Source: a virus. Taken from it: DNA of 64,000 nt. Numbering within the stretch: the stretch's first letter is position 1; the number at the start of each line of letters is the position of its first letter. This document shows positions 16,910 to 26,741 of the stretch, one piece after another. The stretch covers positions 730-64,729 of IMG/VR virus record IMGVR_UViG_2885686650_000001. The stretch is one strand, 5' to 3'. The position numbers and the translations under genes were made by a program. Under the pieces are notes generated by a model. It ran no database searches. It was not told the origin of the DNA and saw nothing but the letters and a program-made list of their open reading frames with translations.

Positions 16910-17594
16910 TATTAAAGGTGATGTAGTTGACAATTTAACTGGTCAAATCTATTCTTATTTACAAATTCCTGCGGTTTATCCAGCAACGGTTCAGCAAGGT
17001 TTGACTGATGCGAATGGGGATGACGTGACTTTACAAATTGCTAGTAATGGTGGTGATGTTTTCGCTGCCAGTGAAATTTATACGATGCTACGCCAGTATA
17101 GTGGCAAGGTTAATGTTGAAATTCAGGGTCTAGCGGCGTCAGCAGCTTCGGTAATTGCAATGGCCGGCGATAATATCAAAATGGCGCCGACAGCGTTATT
17201 GATGATTCATCGGGCTTGGTCAGTGTCACAAGGTAATACTGATGATATGCAACATGAAGCTGCAGTTCTCAACAAAATCGACCAATCAATTGTTGGTGTT
17301 TACGAAGCAAAAACGGGGATGGATGAACAGAAACTACTTGATTTGATGACTCAAGAAACTTGGTTAACAGCAGATGATGCAACCAAACAAGGATTTGCTG
17401 ATGAAATCATGTTTGTTGATGAAAACAAACCCCAGGTGCTTAACAGTGTTAGCCCGGTTGCTAGTAAGAACGCTGTTAATAAATTATTAAATTTAATCAA
17501 TAAAGCCAGTTCTTCGGAGAAGAATTCAACTCATAAACATGAGAAGAATCTTCAACAAAGTAAACTGGCTATTTTAATGTCAAAAAAGGAGTAA
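16896..17594 (+). CDS. ClpP-like head maturation protease
   Basis: IASNGGDVF, GLAASAASVIAMAG, MIHRA, ETWLTADDA. Confidence 0.95.
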   Translation: MTVINIKGDVVDNLTGQIYSYLQIPAVYPATVQQGLTDANGDDVTLQIASNGGDVFAASEIYTMLRQYSGKVNVEIQGLAASAASVIAMAGDNIKMAPTALLMIHRAWSVSQGNTDDMQHEAAVLNKIDQSIVGVYEAKTGMDEQKLLDLMTQETWLTADDATKQGFADEIMFVDENKPQVLNSVSPVASKNAVNKLLNLINKASSSEKNSTHKHEKNLQQSKLAILMSKKE

Positions 17595-17598
17595 TGAA

Positions 17599-18837
17599 AT
17601 GAACAATATTAACAAAATTAATGATGCTTGGATTGCATCAGGACAAAAGGTATCTGATTTAAATGCCAAACTAAATGCCGCTGTTTTAGATGACAAATTT
17701 GACGAAAAAACATTCACGGAAATGAAGAACCAACGTGATCAAGAAAAGGCTCATCGTGACGCACTTAAAGACCAACTCGATGAAGCACGAGCTCAAGATG
17801 TTTTGGCAATGGATGATAAGGATAAAAAGCCACTGACGCCAGTTGAGAAAAATCTTAAAGATAAGTTTGTTTCTAACTTTAAGGCCATGATGCGTGGCGA
17901 TGCTAAAGTTTTAAATTTAGCCACTTCTTCAACAGATGCTGAAGGCAATGCTATTGGTTTAGTCATTCCTTCAGATATTCAGACGGCTATTCACACTTTA
18001 GTTCGCCAAATGGCCAGTTTGGAACAATATGTAAACGTCGAAAACGTGACGACAGCAAACGGTTCTCGTGTGTATGAAAAAATGTCAACAATTACGCCAC
18101 TTACTGCGCTTGATGACGAAGATGCTGAAATTAAGGATAATGATGATCCTAAATTACAGTTGGTTAAGTATGTTATTAAACGGTTCGCTGGGATCACAAC
18201 GGCCACTAATTCGTTATTGAAAGATACAACTGAAAACATTCTAGCTTGGTTGGAAGGTTGGATTGCAAAAAAGGTAGTCGTTACTCGTAATAGCGAAATT
18301 ACTAAGGTGCTTAATAATGCTCCCAAGAAGGCCTCAATCAAGAGCTTTGATGATGTGAAGGACTTGAACTTAAACGGCGTTGATCCTGCTATTGCCGCGA
18401 CATCATTTTATTTAACAAATCAAACTGGTTACAGCATTTTGTCAAAGGTCAAAGATGCTATGGGTCGTTATATTATGCAGCCAACAATTGCAGATCCCAC
18501 CATTAAGCAAATCGATGGTAAACAAGTACTGTGTATCGCCGATCGTTGGTTAGCCGATCCTGCTAAGGATACACACCCGCTTTACTTTGGTGATTTAAAG
18601 CAGGCTATTACATTGTTTGACCGGGAACAGATGTCAATTTTAGTAACTAATATTGGCGCCGGTGCGTTTGAAAAAGACCAAACAAAAGTTCGAGTAATTG
18701 ATCGCTTTGACGTTCAACCAACCGATACTGATGCAGTTGCGGTTGGTTCGTTCAGCACTATTGCTGACCAAAAAGCTAATTTTGCTGCTGCAGCAGCTAC
18801 TACGGACGCAACTACGACTGATACAACAAAAGCCTAG
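17599..18837 (+). CDS. Major capsid protein (HK97 fold)
   Basis: N-terminal coiled delta domain; GLVIPSDIQT; LYFGDLK; RVIDRFD. Confidence 0.95.
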   Translation: MNNINKINDAWIASGQKVSDLNAKLNAAVLDDKFDEKTFTEMKNQRDQEKAHRDALKDQLDEARAQDVLAMDDKDKKPLTPVEKNLKDKFVSNFKAMMRGDAKVLNLATSSTDAEGNAIGLVIPSDIQTAIHTLVRQMASLEQYVNVENVTTANGSRVYEKMSTITPLTALDDEDAEIKDNDDPKLQLVKYVIKRFAGITTATNSLLKDTTENILAWLEGWIAKKVVVTRNSEITKVLNNAPKKASIKSFDDVKDLNLNGVDPAIAATSFYLTNQTGYSILSKVKDAMGRYIMQPTIADPTIKQIDGKQVLCIADRWLADPAKDTHPLYFGDLKQAITLFDREQMSILVTNIGAGAFEKDQTKVRVIDRFDVQPTDTDAVAVGSFSTIADQKANFAAAAATTDATTTDTTKA

Positions 18838-18902
18838 ATTAAATAATAGTCGCTAATAAATAAACAATTCGCTAGGCGGGCGGCTATTAAGGAGGTGGTT
18901 GA

Positions 18903-19280
18903 GTGCCACAATATCTAAAGATTGATGGACTAAAAACATCTTTACGTATTGTTGATACTGGTGATGAAGTAATTGATAAAAGTGTTGATGATCGCTTGGC
19001 TAGCTGTTTGGGTGCTGCAGAAATCTATGTTCAACATTCAGTTGGGGAAGATGTTACTGATTTCTTCAATGATGATGGTGTTAAGGAACTATATGAGATT
19101 GCAGCATATGCCTTGGCCACTACCTACTATCAAAACCCAGCAACGATTACCACAGGCCAACAAACTAATGTTGATCCAGTAATGAACAGTATCATTGGCC
19201 AATTGCGTGGCGATTATGCTTTACGGAAGGATAGTGTTGCTGATGATGGTTCAATTAACCAACCCAGCACGTTTGGATAA
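18903..19280 (+). CDS. Head-tail connector (gp6-like)
   Basis: LKTSLRI...AAEIYV...ATTYYQNP. Confidence 0.85.
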   Translation: MPQYLKIDGLKTSLRIVDTGDEVIDKSVDDRLASCLGAAEIYVQHSVGEDVTDFFNDDGVKELYEIAAYALATTYYQNPATITTGQQTNVDPVMNSIIGQLRGDYALRKDSVADDGSINQPSTFG

Positions 19281-19593
19281 ACTGATTCATTTTGGCAAGC
19301 AAGATAGTTCAAAAATGAATCAGAATGGTATTCCTATTTTAGGCTTTGTTGAATCCTTTAAAGCATGGGGTGGTGTTTGGCAACTAACGACAACACAATT
19401 ACTACAGATTTCAGGGATGAACCTTAGTGATAATCAAATTTTTGTGGTTCGACACCGTGAATCTTGGACAGATGTAATTGATGCCAAGATTGGAACTAAG
19501 GTATATCACGTCAAGAGTATTGTCCCTGATGTGGCTGATACACCCACTAGTTATGATCTGGTTACTTTGGAGAAGGTGATTAAGAATGGCTGA
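19246..19593 (+). CDS. Head closure / head-tail adaptor
   Basis: Synteny; FVVRH...YHVKSI...YDLVTL. Confidence 0.8.
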   Translation: MVQLTNPARLDKLIHFGKQDSSKMNQNGIPILGFVESFKAWGGVWQLTTTQLLQISGMNLSDNQIFVVRHRESWTDVIDAKIGTKVYHVKSIVPDVADTPTSYDLVTLEKVIKNG

Positions 19594-20056
19594 TGAATTT
19601 GCTTCTTCAATTGAAGAATGGATGAATCAGGTTGATTTTGCTATAACTCTAACAAATGAGGATAAGGCAAAAATTACTGGTGCTGGTGCTGAAGCATTTA
19701 CTGAGGTACTGAAAAAGAATACGCCAAGGTCAGACGTAAATTATAATGCTAAAGGTAAATCAGCAGGTCACGCCAATGCTAAACATGGAAACAGCCACAG
19801 AAAGAAGCAGCACTTGGCCGATTCGATTACTTACAAAAGTGGTCATACTGCTGATAACTTAGCAACTGGTGATACTGATGTTGGTTATAGCGAACACTAT
19901 TACGATTTTTTGGCACGAATTATCAATAATGGTAAAAAGAAAATGTCGCCAAAAGAAATGGCCAATATGTATTACTCAGATAAGTCTCAGCAAGAGGCAC
20001 AAAAACCAGTAGAAGAGGCCATGCTGAAAGCCTATAAAGAGGTGCGGGGTCAATGA
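19586..20056 (+). CDS. HK97-gp10-like neck protein
   Basis: KAKITGAGA...HLADSI...ARIINNG. Confidence 0.8.
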   Translation: MADEFASSIEEWMNQVDFAITLTNEDKAKITGAGAEAFTEVLKKNTPRSDVNYNAKGKSAGHANAKHGNSHRKKQHLADSITYKSGHTADNLATGDTDVGYSEHYYDFLARIINNGKKKMSPKEMANMYYSDKSQQEAQKPVEEAMLKAYKEVRGQ

Positions 20057-20424
20057 CAGCGGTAATGGATGCAACGAATTTACTGAAATCAGCGTCTGTC
20101 AATGATATTGATGGTGTTTATCCCAATTTATTGTCAGCTGATATTCAGGCCGATACTTCAAAAACAGTAATTCTAGTTACGGATGTTAATGAACGATACG
20201 GCAGCTTTGGTTCAAATCGCAGTACAACCAAGGATTCAACGATTGCACTCAATATTTTTTATGGCATTAACTCAAACGCAAGTAGAGACACAGTGGAAGA
20301 AACCATTGTGTCTCTTTTTGAAGACAATGACTGGCGAATTATTTATTCGCCTGGTCAGACAATCGATCCAGACACACAGCAAATTACCAAAATAATGCAA
20401 TTTTCAAAGACGAAAGGACGTTAA
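20053..20424 (+). CDS. Tail completion protein (DUF806-like)
   Basis: Synteny; QTIDPDTQQI motif. Confidence 0.75.
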   Translation: MTAVMDATNLLKSASVNDIDGVYPNLLSADIQADTSKTVILVTDVNERYGSFGSNRSTTKDSTIALNIFYGINSNASRDTVEETIVSLFEDNDWRIIYSPGQTIDPDTQQITKIMQFSKTKGR

Positions 20425-20427
20425 AAA

Positions 20428-21105
20428 ATGGAATTAAAAGGTTTAGCAGATTTTATCATTGGGCTTTATGGGCCAGACGGAACTTTATTAAAGGATAAAG
20501 ACAAGGGATTAAGTGAAACGGGTCTTTATAAAGTTGATTTAAATAGTTCAAAAGGTGCAACACAGGCCAATATGACTGGATTAGCGCCAACAGTGACCAA
20601 GGTTTATGGTTCCAATGCAGTTGCAGAACAAAATATTGGGACACCAAGTCCTGCTATCGCTTTAGCAGCTAATGATATTCCACACACTATCTACGATAAA
20701 ACAGTTGGACTGGAGAAGGATGAGGTTAATACAGGTTATGCTGCCAGACCCGGTCAAACTTCCATGGGTGGTGTTATTGTTCACTCACAAAGCGCCGATG
20801 GTACCGTGGATGCATATATGGCATTTCCACAAGGGACTATCACACCTGGCGAAATGAATTTGCAAACTAATACAGAAAACCCAGTTAGTGTTCATGATGC
20901 GCTAACACTTTCAACGCAGGCGCGGGGATCAGATAAGTTAATGTATCAAAAATTTTATTCGGATGAGCCCAATTTTGATTATGAAAAAATGCTGGCGTTT
21001 ATTTTTCCAGGTTATGTTGCTAAAACAACATCTGAAGCAGCTCAAACTAGTGGCTCCAGTGAAGCAGCTGGCTCAACACCAAAAACTGATAGTACTACAG
21101 CATAG
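20428..21105 (+). CDS. Major tail protein
   Basis: Synteny; GATQANMTGL...LQTNTE...DALT. Confidence 0.88.
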   Translation: MELKGLADFIIGLYGPDGTLLKDKDKGLSETGLYKVDLNSSKGATQANMTGLAPTVTKVYGSNAVAEQNIGTPSPAIALAANDIPHTIYDKTVGLEKDEVNTGYAARPGQTSMGGVIVHSQSADGTVDAYMAFPQGTITPGEMNLQTNTENPVSVHDALTLSTQARGSDKLMYQKFYSDEPNFDYEKMLAFIFPGYVAKTTSEAAQTSGSSEAAGSTPKTDSTTA

Positions 21106-21204
21106 TTAGTGCTGAGAAGTGAATTCTAAGTAAATTTCAGACAGAACGATGAGTAACTAATCGTTTGGGTGGGTGTGGTGGCATGTCTAAAAGGAGATTT
21201 TTTA

Positions 21205-21603
21205 ATGAATTACGCAAAAGTAGATGTAACACGAATCGGTATCAAAGAACCAATCTCAGTTCCACAGACAAAAGGGAATTTTCGTCGTTGTTTAGTTGCA
21301 CTTCGTGACTTGGCACAGACAGACGTTGATCAAATCAAACGTGATCACGAAAGTAATTCAATTGAAGTTGATGATGATTCATTTGCGATTTCGATGCTTG
21401 ATGAATTCCAAAAGCAGTTGGATCATCTTGATAATATGAGTGATTTTATTATTAAAATTTTGCATTTGAAGAAAAAAGATGTCGAAAAACTGGATGATTT
21501 AAGCGCCGATGAGATGGGCGAATTTGTGGGCGAAATTGCCAGTACTGTGATTGGGATTAATAGTCAGGAACCCACAGAAGCTGATTTAAAAAGTAACGCC
21601 TAG
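21205..21603 (+). CDS. Tail assembly chaperone (gpG-like)
   Basis: Between MTP and TMP; acidic. Confidence 0.82.
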   Translation: MNYAKVDVTRIGIKEPISVPQTKGNFRRCLVALRDLAQTDVDQIKRDHESNSIEVDDDSFAISMLDEFQKQLDHLDNMSDFIIKILHLKKKDVEKLDDLSADEMGEFVGEIASTVIGINSQEPTEADLKSNA

Positions 21604-21808
21604 TCAATATGTTAATGAATTGAATGGTGCCATTGAAGATGCCGACTATTTGGAGCAGCAGGCGTTAGTTGATTTTGGTATTTTACCTGAGGATTTTGAA
21701 AAATCTGATCATATCAGAATGAATGAAATTCTGAGTGCAAAGCCTAAAGATAAACGTGCCGTTGATGCTTTTGAATTTATGAATTCATTAAGAAAGGGAG
21801 GAAGATAA
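21590..21808 (+). CDS. gpT-like chaperone extension in the +1 frame
   Basis: Frame opens at 21590 within TTA AAA AGT; no RBS-linked ATG. Confidence 0.6.
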   Translation, partial: KVTPSQYVNELNGAIEDADYLEQQALVDFGILPEDFEKSDHIRMNEILSAKPKDKRAVDAFEFMNSLRKGGR

Positions 21809-21811
21809 TAA

Positions 21812-24800
21812 ATGGCAGGTAAAATTCCAGCTGGTGAATTTAATACTCGTGTAAGTCTTGATGGTGAGCAACCTGTCAAAACACTGAAGCAAATGCGTTC
21901 AGAGGTCTCCTCTTTGACAGCATCTTGGCGAGCCCAATCTGCTGAGCTAAAAACTGCAGGTGACATGGTTGGTTCTGCAAAAACAAAGTTTGAAGGTTTA
22001 TCAAATGCAGTTTCTAAGCAGAAGGATTATGTTGCACGTTTAAAAAAAGAGCAGGATGCTTTAGACACTTCAACTAATAAAGGTGCCGAAGAGTCGGCAA
22101 AATTAGAAAAGCAGATTTCATCAGCAACCATTAAACTTTCTTCATTGACCACGCAGCAATCTAAGGCCAAAGATTCATTGAAGTATTATGAGTCCGGATT
22201 AGCTAGCGCCCAGACCGAATTACGCAGCATTAGTGAAACCTCACGTTCTTATGTGACTCGATTACAGGCTGAGGGTAAACAAACTGCTGCTAATAAGGCT
22301 GAAATGAGTGGCTTACGTGGCTCTTATGAAAAGATGTCATCAATTTATAAGATTCAGTCTGAGGAACTTGCTAAGATTGAACGCGAGTCCGGTAAAACGA
22401 GTGAAGCTTACTCAAAGCAGTCAGTTCGTGTTAATCAAACTGCCACTGATATGGCCAAAGCTAAAACTCGAATGTCTGAACTTGATAGCGAGATGCGAAA
22501 GGCTAATCCATCAGTTTTTGATAAGTTACGTTCGCATTTGAAGAGTGTTAATAGCGAAGCTGATAAGACGCCGGGACTTTTTAAGAAGATCGTTGCTGGT
22601 GGTGTTGTTAGTAATGCAATTACCAGTGGCTGGCAGGCATTATCTGGTAGCATCAAATCTACTGTTAAATCAGGGCTGGCATTGAATGAGGCCGGCGAAG
22701 AGCTTGGTAATACTTGGAAAAACATGGGTAAGTCCAGCAATGATATTGGTATTATGGGTGACCAACTTGGTTATTTACGGTCTCAAACAGGTGCAACTGG
22801 TATTGAAATTAATACTTTGCAGAAGACAGTTGATACTTTTACTGGTGGTGTTACTGAAAAGACAGTAGTTATTAGTGCCGGACTTGCTGGTATTGCGACG
22901 GCTAGTCATATTGGCGGCGAAGGTATGGACGGCTTGTCCAAATCTTTGGCCCGTGTATTAGCTTCTGGTAATTTAACGACTTCTGGCTTGGCCAAACTTG
23001 AAAAATTAGCCCCAACTTTAGGCGAGCAGTTATCAAAGGCAGCGGGCGTTAGTCAGACTGCTTTTAATGACATGGTTGCTAAGGGAAAGATTAACGCTAA
23101 TGATTTAAAAGATTTACTGTATAAGATTGGTACTACCAGCAGCAAGACTTTTGATGAGTATGGCAAGACCTCTAAAGGTGCCATGGCTCAAATTCAAGGC
23201 GGCTGGACAACTTTAAAAGCAAATATGACTAAACCACTGTTGGATGTTAAGAATAGTGGGATGACCAATTTAGCTTCTTTGGTGAATAGCCCGGTACTTC
23301 AAAAAGCGGCCACTAGTTTAGGTGTTGGTGTCGCAAATATAGCAGCCAAAGGTGAAGCATTCTTAGCTTATATTGCCAAACATAAAAGTGATGTGACTGG
23401 TATTGCCGGCGATATTTTCAAAATTGGCAAAATTGCTGGTGAAGAAGTTTGGTCAATCTTTAAAGACGTAATCAAGGAAGCCGCCGGTTGGCTTGGTGTT
23501 GGTGGTAAAAATGCTAAGACCATGAAAGATCCTTTGGAGGCTATTCACGATGTTCTTGATGCGATTGTTAAGAATAAATCTGGCATTGAAACGACTACTA
23601 AAGTTGTGATGAGCCTTTTTGCAATTAAAAAGGCATTAGGTTTTGCTTCGGCTCTGAGTCATGTAACAGGCGGGCTAGAAAAGCTAGGTAGCTCCAAAAT
23701 TGTTGGTGGAATTCTGAACCTTAACAAAAGCCTTGTCAATGGCAGCAAATTAGGTGGCGTCGGCCAATCAATCAAGTCGGCTGGTGGTTTAAAAGGTTTA
23801 TCAACAGCTGGCAAAGTTAGTACTGGTCTGGCCGGGGCCGGAGTTGCCTTGGATGCCGGAATTGATATCTACTCAGCCATCAAAGAAAAAAATCCAACCA
23901 AGAAATTTGAAGATTTTGGCTCTGGTGCCGGTAAAGCAATTGGTGGTGGACTTGGCCTGTTTTTTGGCGGCCCGCTTGGTGCTGCTGTTGGTGCCAAAAT
24001 TGGTGGTGTTATCGGTAAATGGGGCGGCTTAGGTACTAAAAAATTTATGGATGGCTGGAATAAAGCGGGTTCTAAGAAGAAACCGGATGACTGGCTTGAA
24101 GGAATTGGCTGGAACGCCCATAAGATGTCGACCAAAATTGGCAAGTGGTGGAATGATAACCAAAAAGCCAATGAGAAGGCCCAAAAGAAACAACAAAAGG
24201 CCCAAGATAAAGCTAACAAGGCTGCTCAAAAGAAATGGAATTCCTATTGGTCTAATGTTAGCAAGGGTTGGACTAAATTCTGGGGTAATGTTGGTAAGAA
24301 TGATGATAAGTCAGTTGCTAAACGTAAAAAAGCCCAAGAAAAAGTCAATAAAACACTTCAAAAAAATTGGAATTCTTACTGGTCTAATGTTGGCAAAGGT
24401 TGGAACAAACATTGGAGTAGCGTCGGAAAAGCCAATGATAAGGCCTTTGCCAAACGGAAACGTGATCAAGCTGCGACTAATAAAGCTATCTCAAAGTCAA
24501 TGAGTGCCTGGTGGTCAGGTATTCAAAAAAATTGGAATAGTTTTTGGTCTAGTGTCGGTAAAAAAGGTAGTTCGGGGATGAATTCACTTCATTCCACAAT
24601 TACTAGGCGAAATAACCAGATAGGCAAGAGTTGGCGTGAGATGTGGTCAGGTCTTGCAAGTTGGTTCGGTGGTATTTGGTCAGGAATAAAGAAACATGCA
24701 AAGTCTGGTATGAATGGTGTAATTGATATTATCAATGGCGCAATTGGTGGTATCAACTTTGTTTGGGAGAAATTCACCGGTAAGAATGCTATAAAGAAAT

Positions 24801-26023
24801 TACAAAGGCTATCAACTGGTGGTGTCGTTGGGTCAATGCAGAAAGTCATGTTAAATGATGGCGTTGGCTCCAATTGGAAAGAATTATTTGTCACGCCTAG
24901 TGGTCATGCTGGAATGTTTAAAGAGCGCAATAAGATTAGCTATTTGCCTAGGGGGACCCGTGTTTTCAACGGCGACGAAAGCAAGTCAATTATGTCATCA
25001 ATCGGTATAGAACACTTTGCAAACGGTGGTGTTATTGGCGATATTGGCAACTTCTTTAAATCTGGTTGGGACAAACTAGAAATGGTTGGTAAGTGGCTGT
25101 CAGCACCACAAAAGTATGTTTCAAGCATGATCAATAATGCCGTTAATGGCGCCTTTGCAGATGTACAAATGTTTACTGACTTAGGAAGAGGTATTGGACA
25201 TCAAATGATTGGTGGCGTTGCCGACTGGTTCAAGAAACAGTTAAAAGGTATAGAGGATAAACTCCAAGAATCATCTGCTGGCAGTGGGGCCGCCTATAGT
25301 CCTTCGTTAATCAAAAAGGCTGCGGCACAAATGCATGCAAATCCAACTGATGCTTATATTAAGATGCTTGGCCAAGTTATTATGAGTGAATCTGGTGGCA
25401 AAAGTGTTGTCCAGCAAATTCATGATGTGAACTCCGGCGGTAATGAAGCTAGAGGTATCTTGCAATACACACCACCAACCTTTGGCTATTATGCCGTCAA
25501 AGGTCATAAGAATATTATGAGTCCTTTTGATCAGTTACTCGCTTTTTTCAATAATTCTGACTGGAAGAATGCCATTGGTTGGACGACGATTTGGGGTAAG
25601 CGCAAGGTTGATTGGTTACATTCAGGGCCTCAAGGACACAGAAGATTTGCAAATGGTGGTTTTACTAATAAACCGGCTATATTTGGTGACCAGGGGCTTG
25701 AAGCAGCAATTCCAATGTCTGCCTTAAAGTCTAGTCGCGGCTATGAAATGCTTGGTAAGACAGCTGCTGCCATGGCTGCCCGCGACAATATTTCGGACAA
25801 TTCAGAAAATAATAAAGAGTTAAATAACAAGTTGGATGATGTTATTTTGCTTATGAAACAAATGATAAAGGGACAGAATGAATTGCTTACTGCTTTGGTT
25901 GAAAAGAATTTGACGATTAATACTAAAACCTTAAATAAGGTAATGGCTCCAGAACAGTCATTTACTAATCGTCAACGTCAAGTCTTGGCTCAAAGGGGGA
26001 TTGCAATTGACACAAGAATCTAA
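21812..26023 (+). CDS. Tape measure protein with C-terminal lytic transglycosylase (SLT) domain
   Basis: 1403 aa, W-periodic repeats; MSESGG...ARGILQY...FDQLLAFFN. Confidence 0.95.
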   Translation: MAGKIPAGEFNTRVSLDGEQPVKTLKQMRSEVSSLTASWRAQSAELKTAGDMVGSAKTKFEGLSNAVSKQKDYVARLKKEQDALDTSTNKGAEESAKLEKQISSATIKLSSLTTQQSKAKDSLKYYESGLASAQTELRSISETSRSYVTRLQAEGKQTAANKAEMSGLRGSYEKMSSIYKIQSEELAKIERESGKTSEAYSKQSVRVNQTATDMAKAKTRMSELDSEMRKANPSVFDKLRSHLKSVNSEADKTPGLFKKIVAGGVVSNAITSGWQALSGSIKSTVKSGLALNEAGEELGNTWKNMGKSSNDIGIMGDQLGYLRSQTGATGIEINTLQKTVDTFTGGVTEKTVVISAGLAGIATASHIGGEGMDGLSKSLARVLASGNLTTSGLAKLEKLAPTLGEQLSKAAGVSQTAFNDMVAKGKINANDLKDLLYKIGTTSSKTFDEYGKTSKGAMAQIQGGWTTLKANMTKPLLDVKNSGMTNLASLVNSPVLQKAATSLGVGVANIAAKGEAFLAYIAKHKSDVTGIAGDIFKIGKIAGEEVWSIFKDVIKEAAGWLGVGGKNAKTMKDPLEAIHDVLDAIVKNKSGIETTTKVVMSLFAIKKALGFASALSHVTGGLEKLGSSKIVGGILNLNKSLVNGSKLGGVGQSIKSAGGLKGLSTAGKVSTGLAGAGVALDAGIDIYSAIKEKNPTKKFEDFGSGAGKAIGGGLGLFFGGPLGAAVGAKIGGVIGKWGGLGTKKFMDGWNKAGSKKKPDDWLEGIGWNAHKMSTKIGKWWNDNQKANEKAQKKQQKAQDKANKAAQKKWNSYWSNVSKGWTKFWGNVGKNDDKSVAKRKKAQEKVNKTLQKNWNSYWSNVGKGWNKHWSSVGKANDKAFAKRKRDQAATNKAISKSMSAWWSGIQKNWNSFWSSVGKKGSSGMNSLHSTITRRNNQIGKSWREMWSGLASWFGGIWSGIKKHAKSGMNGVIDIINGAIGGINFVWEKFTGKNAIKKLQRLSTGGVVGSMQKVMLNDGVGSNWKELFVTPSGHAGMFKERNKISYLPRGTRVFNGDESKSIMSSIGIEHFANGGVIGDIGNFFKSGWDKLEMVGKWLSAPQKYVSSMINNAVNGAFADVQMFTDLGRGIGHQMIGGVADWFKKQLKGIEDKLQESSAGSGAAYSPSLIKKAAAQMHANPTDAYIKMLGQVIMSESGGKSVVQQIHDVNSGGNEARGILQYTPPTFGYYAVKGHKNIMSPFDQLLAFFNNSDWKNAIGWTTIWGKRKVDWLHSGPQGHRRFANGGFTNKPAIFGDQGLEAAIPMSALKSSRGYEMLGKTAAAMAARDNISDNSENNKELNNKLDDVILLMKQMIKGQNELLTALVEKNLTINTKTLNKVMAPEQSFTNRQRQVLAQRGIAIDTRI

Positions 26024-26741
26024 TCAATATGGGTTTAGATTTAATGGCCATCATTCAAGTGAATTCTCAGTTTATGTTGTTTACGGCTCAGAAACTGAAG
26101 GCTATCCTGCCAAGACTAAGGATTTGGTAACATTACCAGGATCAAGTCAGGTTCTTGATTTGTCTAATCTATATGGTCCTGTTTACGGAGAAAGGACTAA
26201 ATCTTTAACGCTGGTGCTTGCAGGTGAAGCATTACTTGGCCGTGAACAGATGACTCAAGCATGGACACGAGTGATTAACTGGTTAATGAAACCAGACCAT
26301 AAGGTGGTTTATCAGAGTGATTTAATGCCTGAATATCATTATTTGGCCGAGGTACAGAATGCACCTTCATTAAGTGAAGTGAATGATGCCGGGCAGTTAA
26401 CGATTGAATTTCAATGCTACTCTTTCCGAATCAAAAACAAACCTGAATTTGATGATATATGGGATGATTTCAACTTTGATACTGGTGTGGCACAAGAAAC
26501 TCATTATATTGGTTCAACCTCAACTCCTGGTGTTTTAATTAATACTGGTGTTGCCGAAGTGCCGACTACCGTTAAAGCTAGCGAAGCAGTCACTTTAATT
26601 ATCAATAGTGAACAATATGAACTACAAGTCGGTGACAATTCTTCAACAGAGTTAGTCCTAATGCCGGGTGAGAATGACATTACGATTAGGGGAAGCACTA
26701 CTGCGAAGGTAGATTTCAGCTGGTATCAAGAGGTGATTTAA
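26001..26741 (+). CDS. Distal tail protein (Dit)
   Basis: Follows TMP; FNGHHS, YHYLAEV, DDIWDDFNF. Confidence 0.85.
   Translation: MQLTQESNQYGFRFNGHHSSEFSVYVVYGSETEGYPAKTKDLVTLPGSSQVLDLSNLYGPVYGERTKSLTLVLAGEALLGREQMTQAWTRVINWLMKPDHKVVYQSDLMPEYHYLAEVQNAPSLSEVNDAGQLTIEFQCYSFRIKNKPEFDDIWDDFNFDTGVAQETHYIGSTSTPGVLINTGVAEVPTTVKASEAVTLIINSEQYELQVGDNSSTELVLMPGENDITIRGSTTAKVDFSWYQEVI

Noticed and set aside
17991-18341. Long alternate-frame and antisense ORFs inside structural genes (this one, 21709-21966, 22435-22740, 23869-24219, 27214-27579, 48450-48851, 55135-55497 and similar)
   Set aside because: Shadow ORFs of well-supported genes, no RBS or motifs
21583-21597. Canonical -1 frameshift at T TTA AAA in the prophage 1 chaperone
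   Set aside because: The -1 frame meets TAA after two codons
23869-24600. W-periodic repeats (WNSYWSNVxKGW) as a novel repeat locus
   Set aside because: Ordinary tape-measure helical repeats
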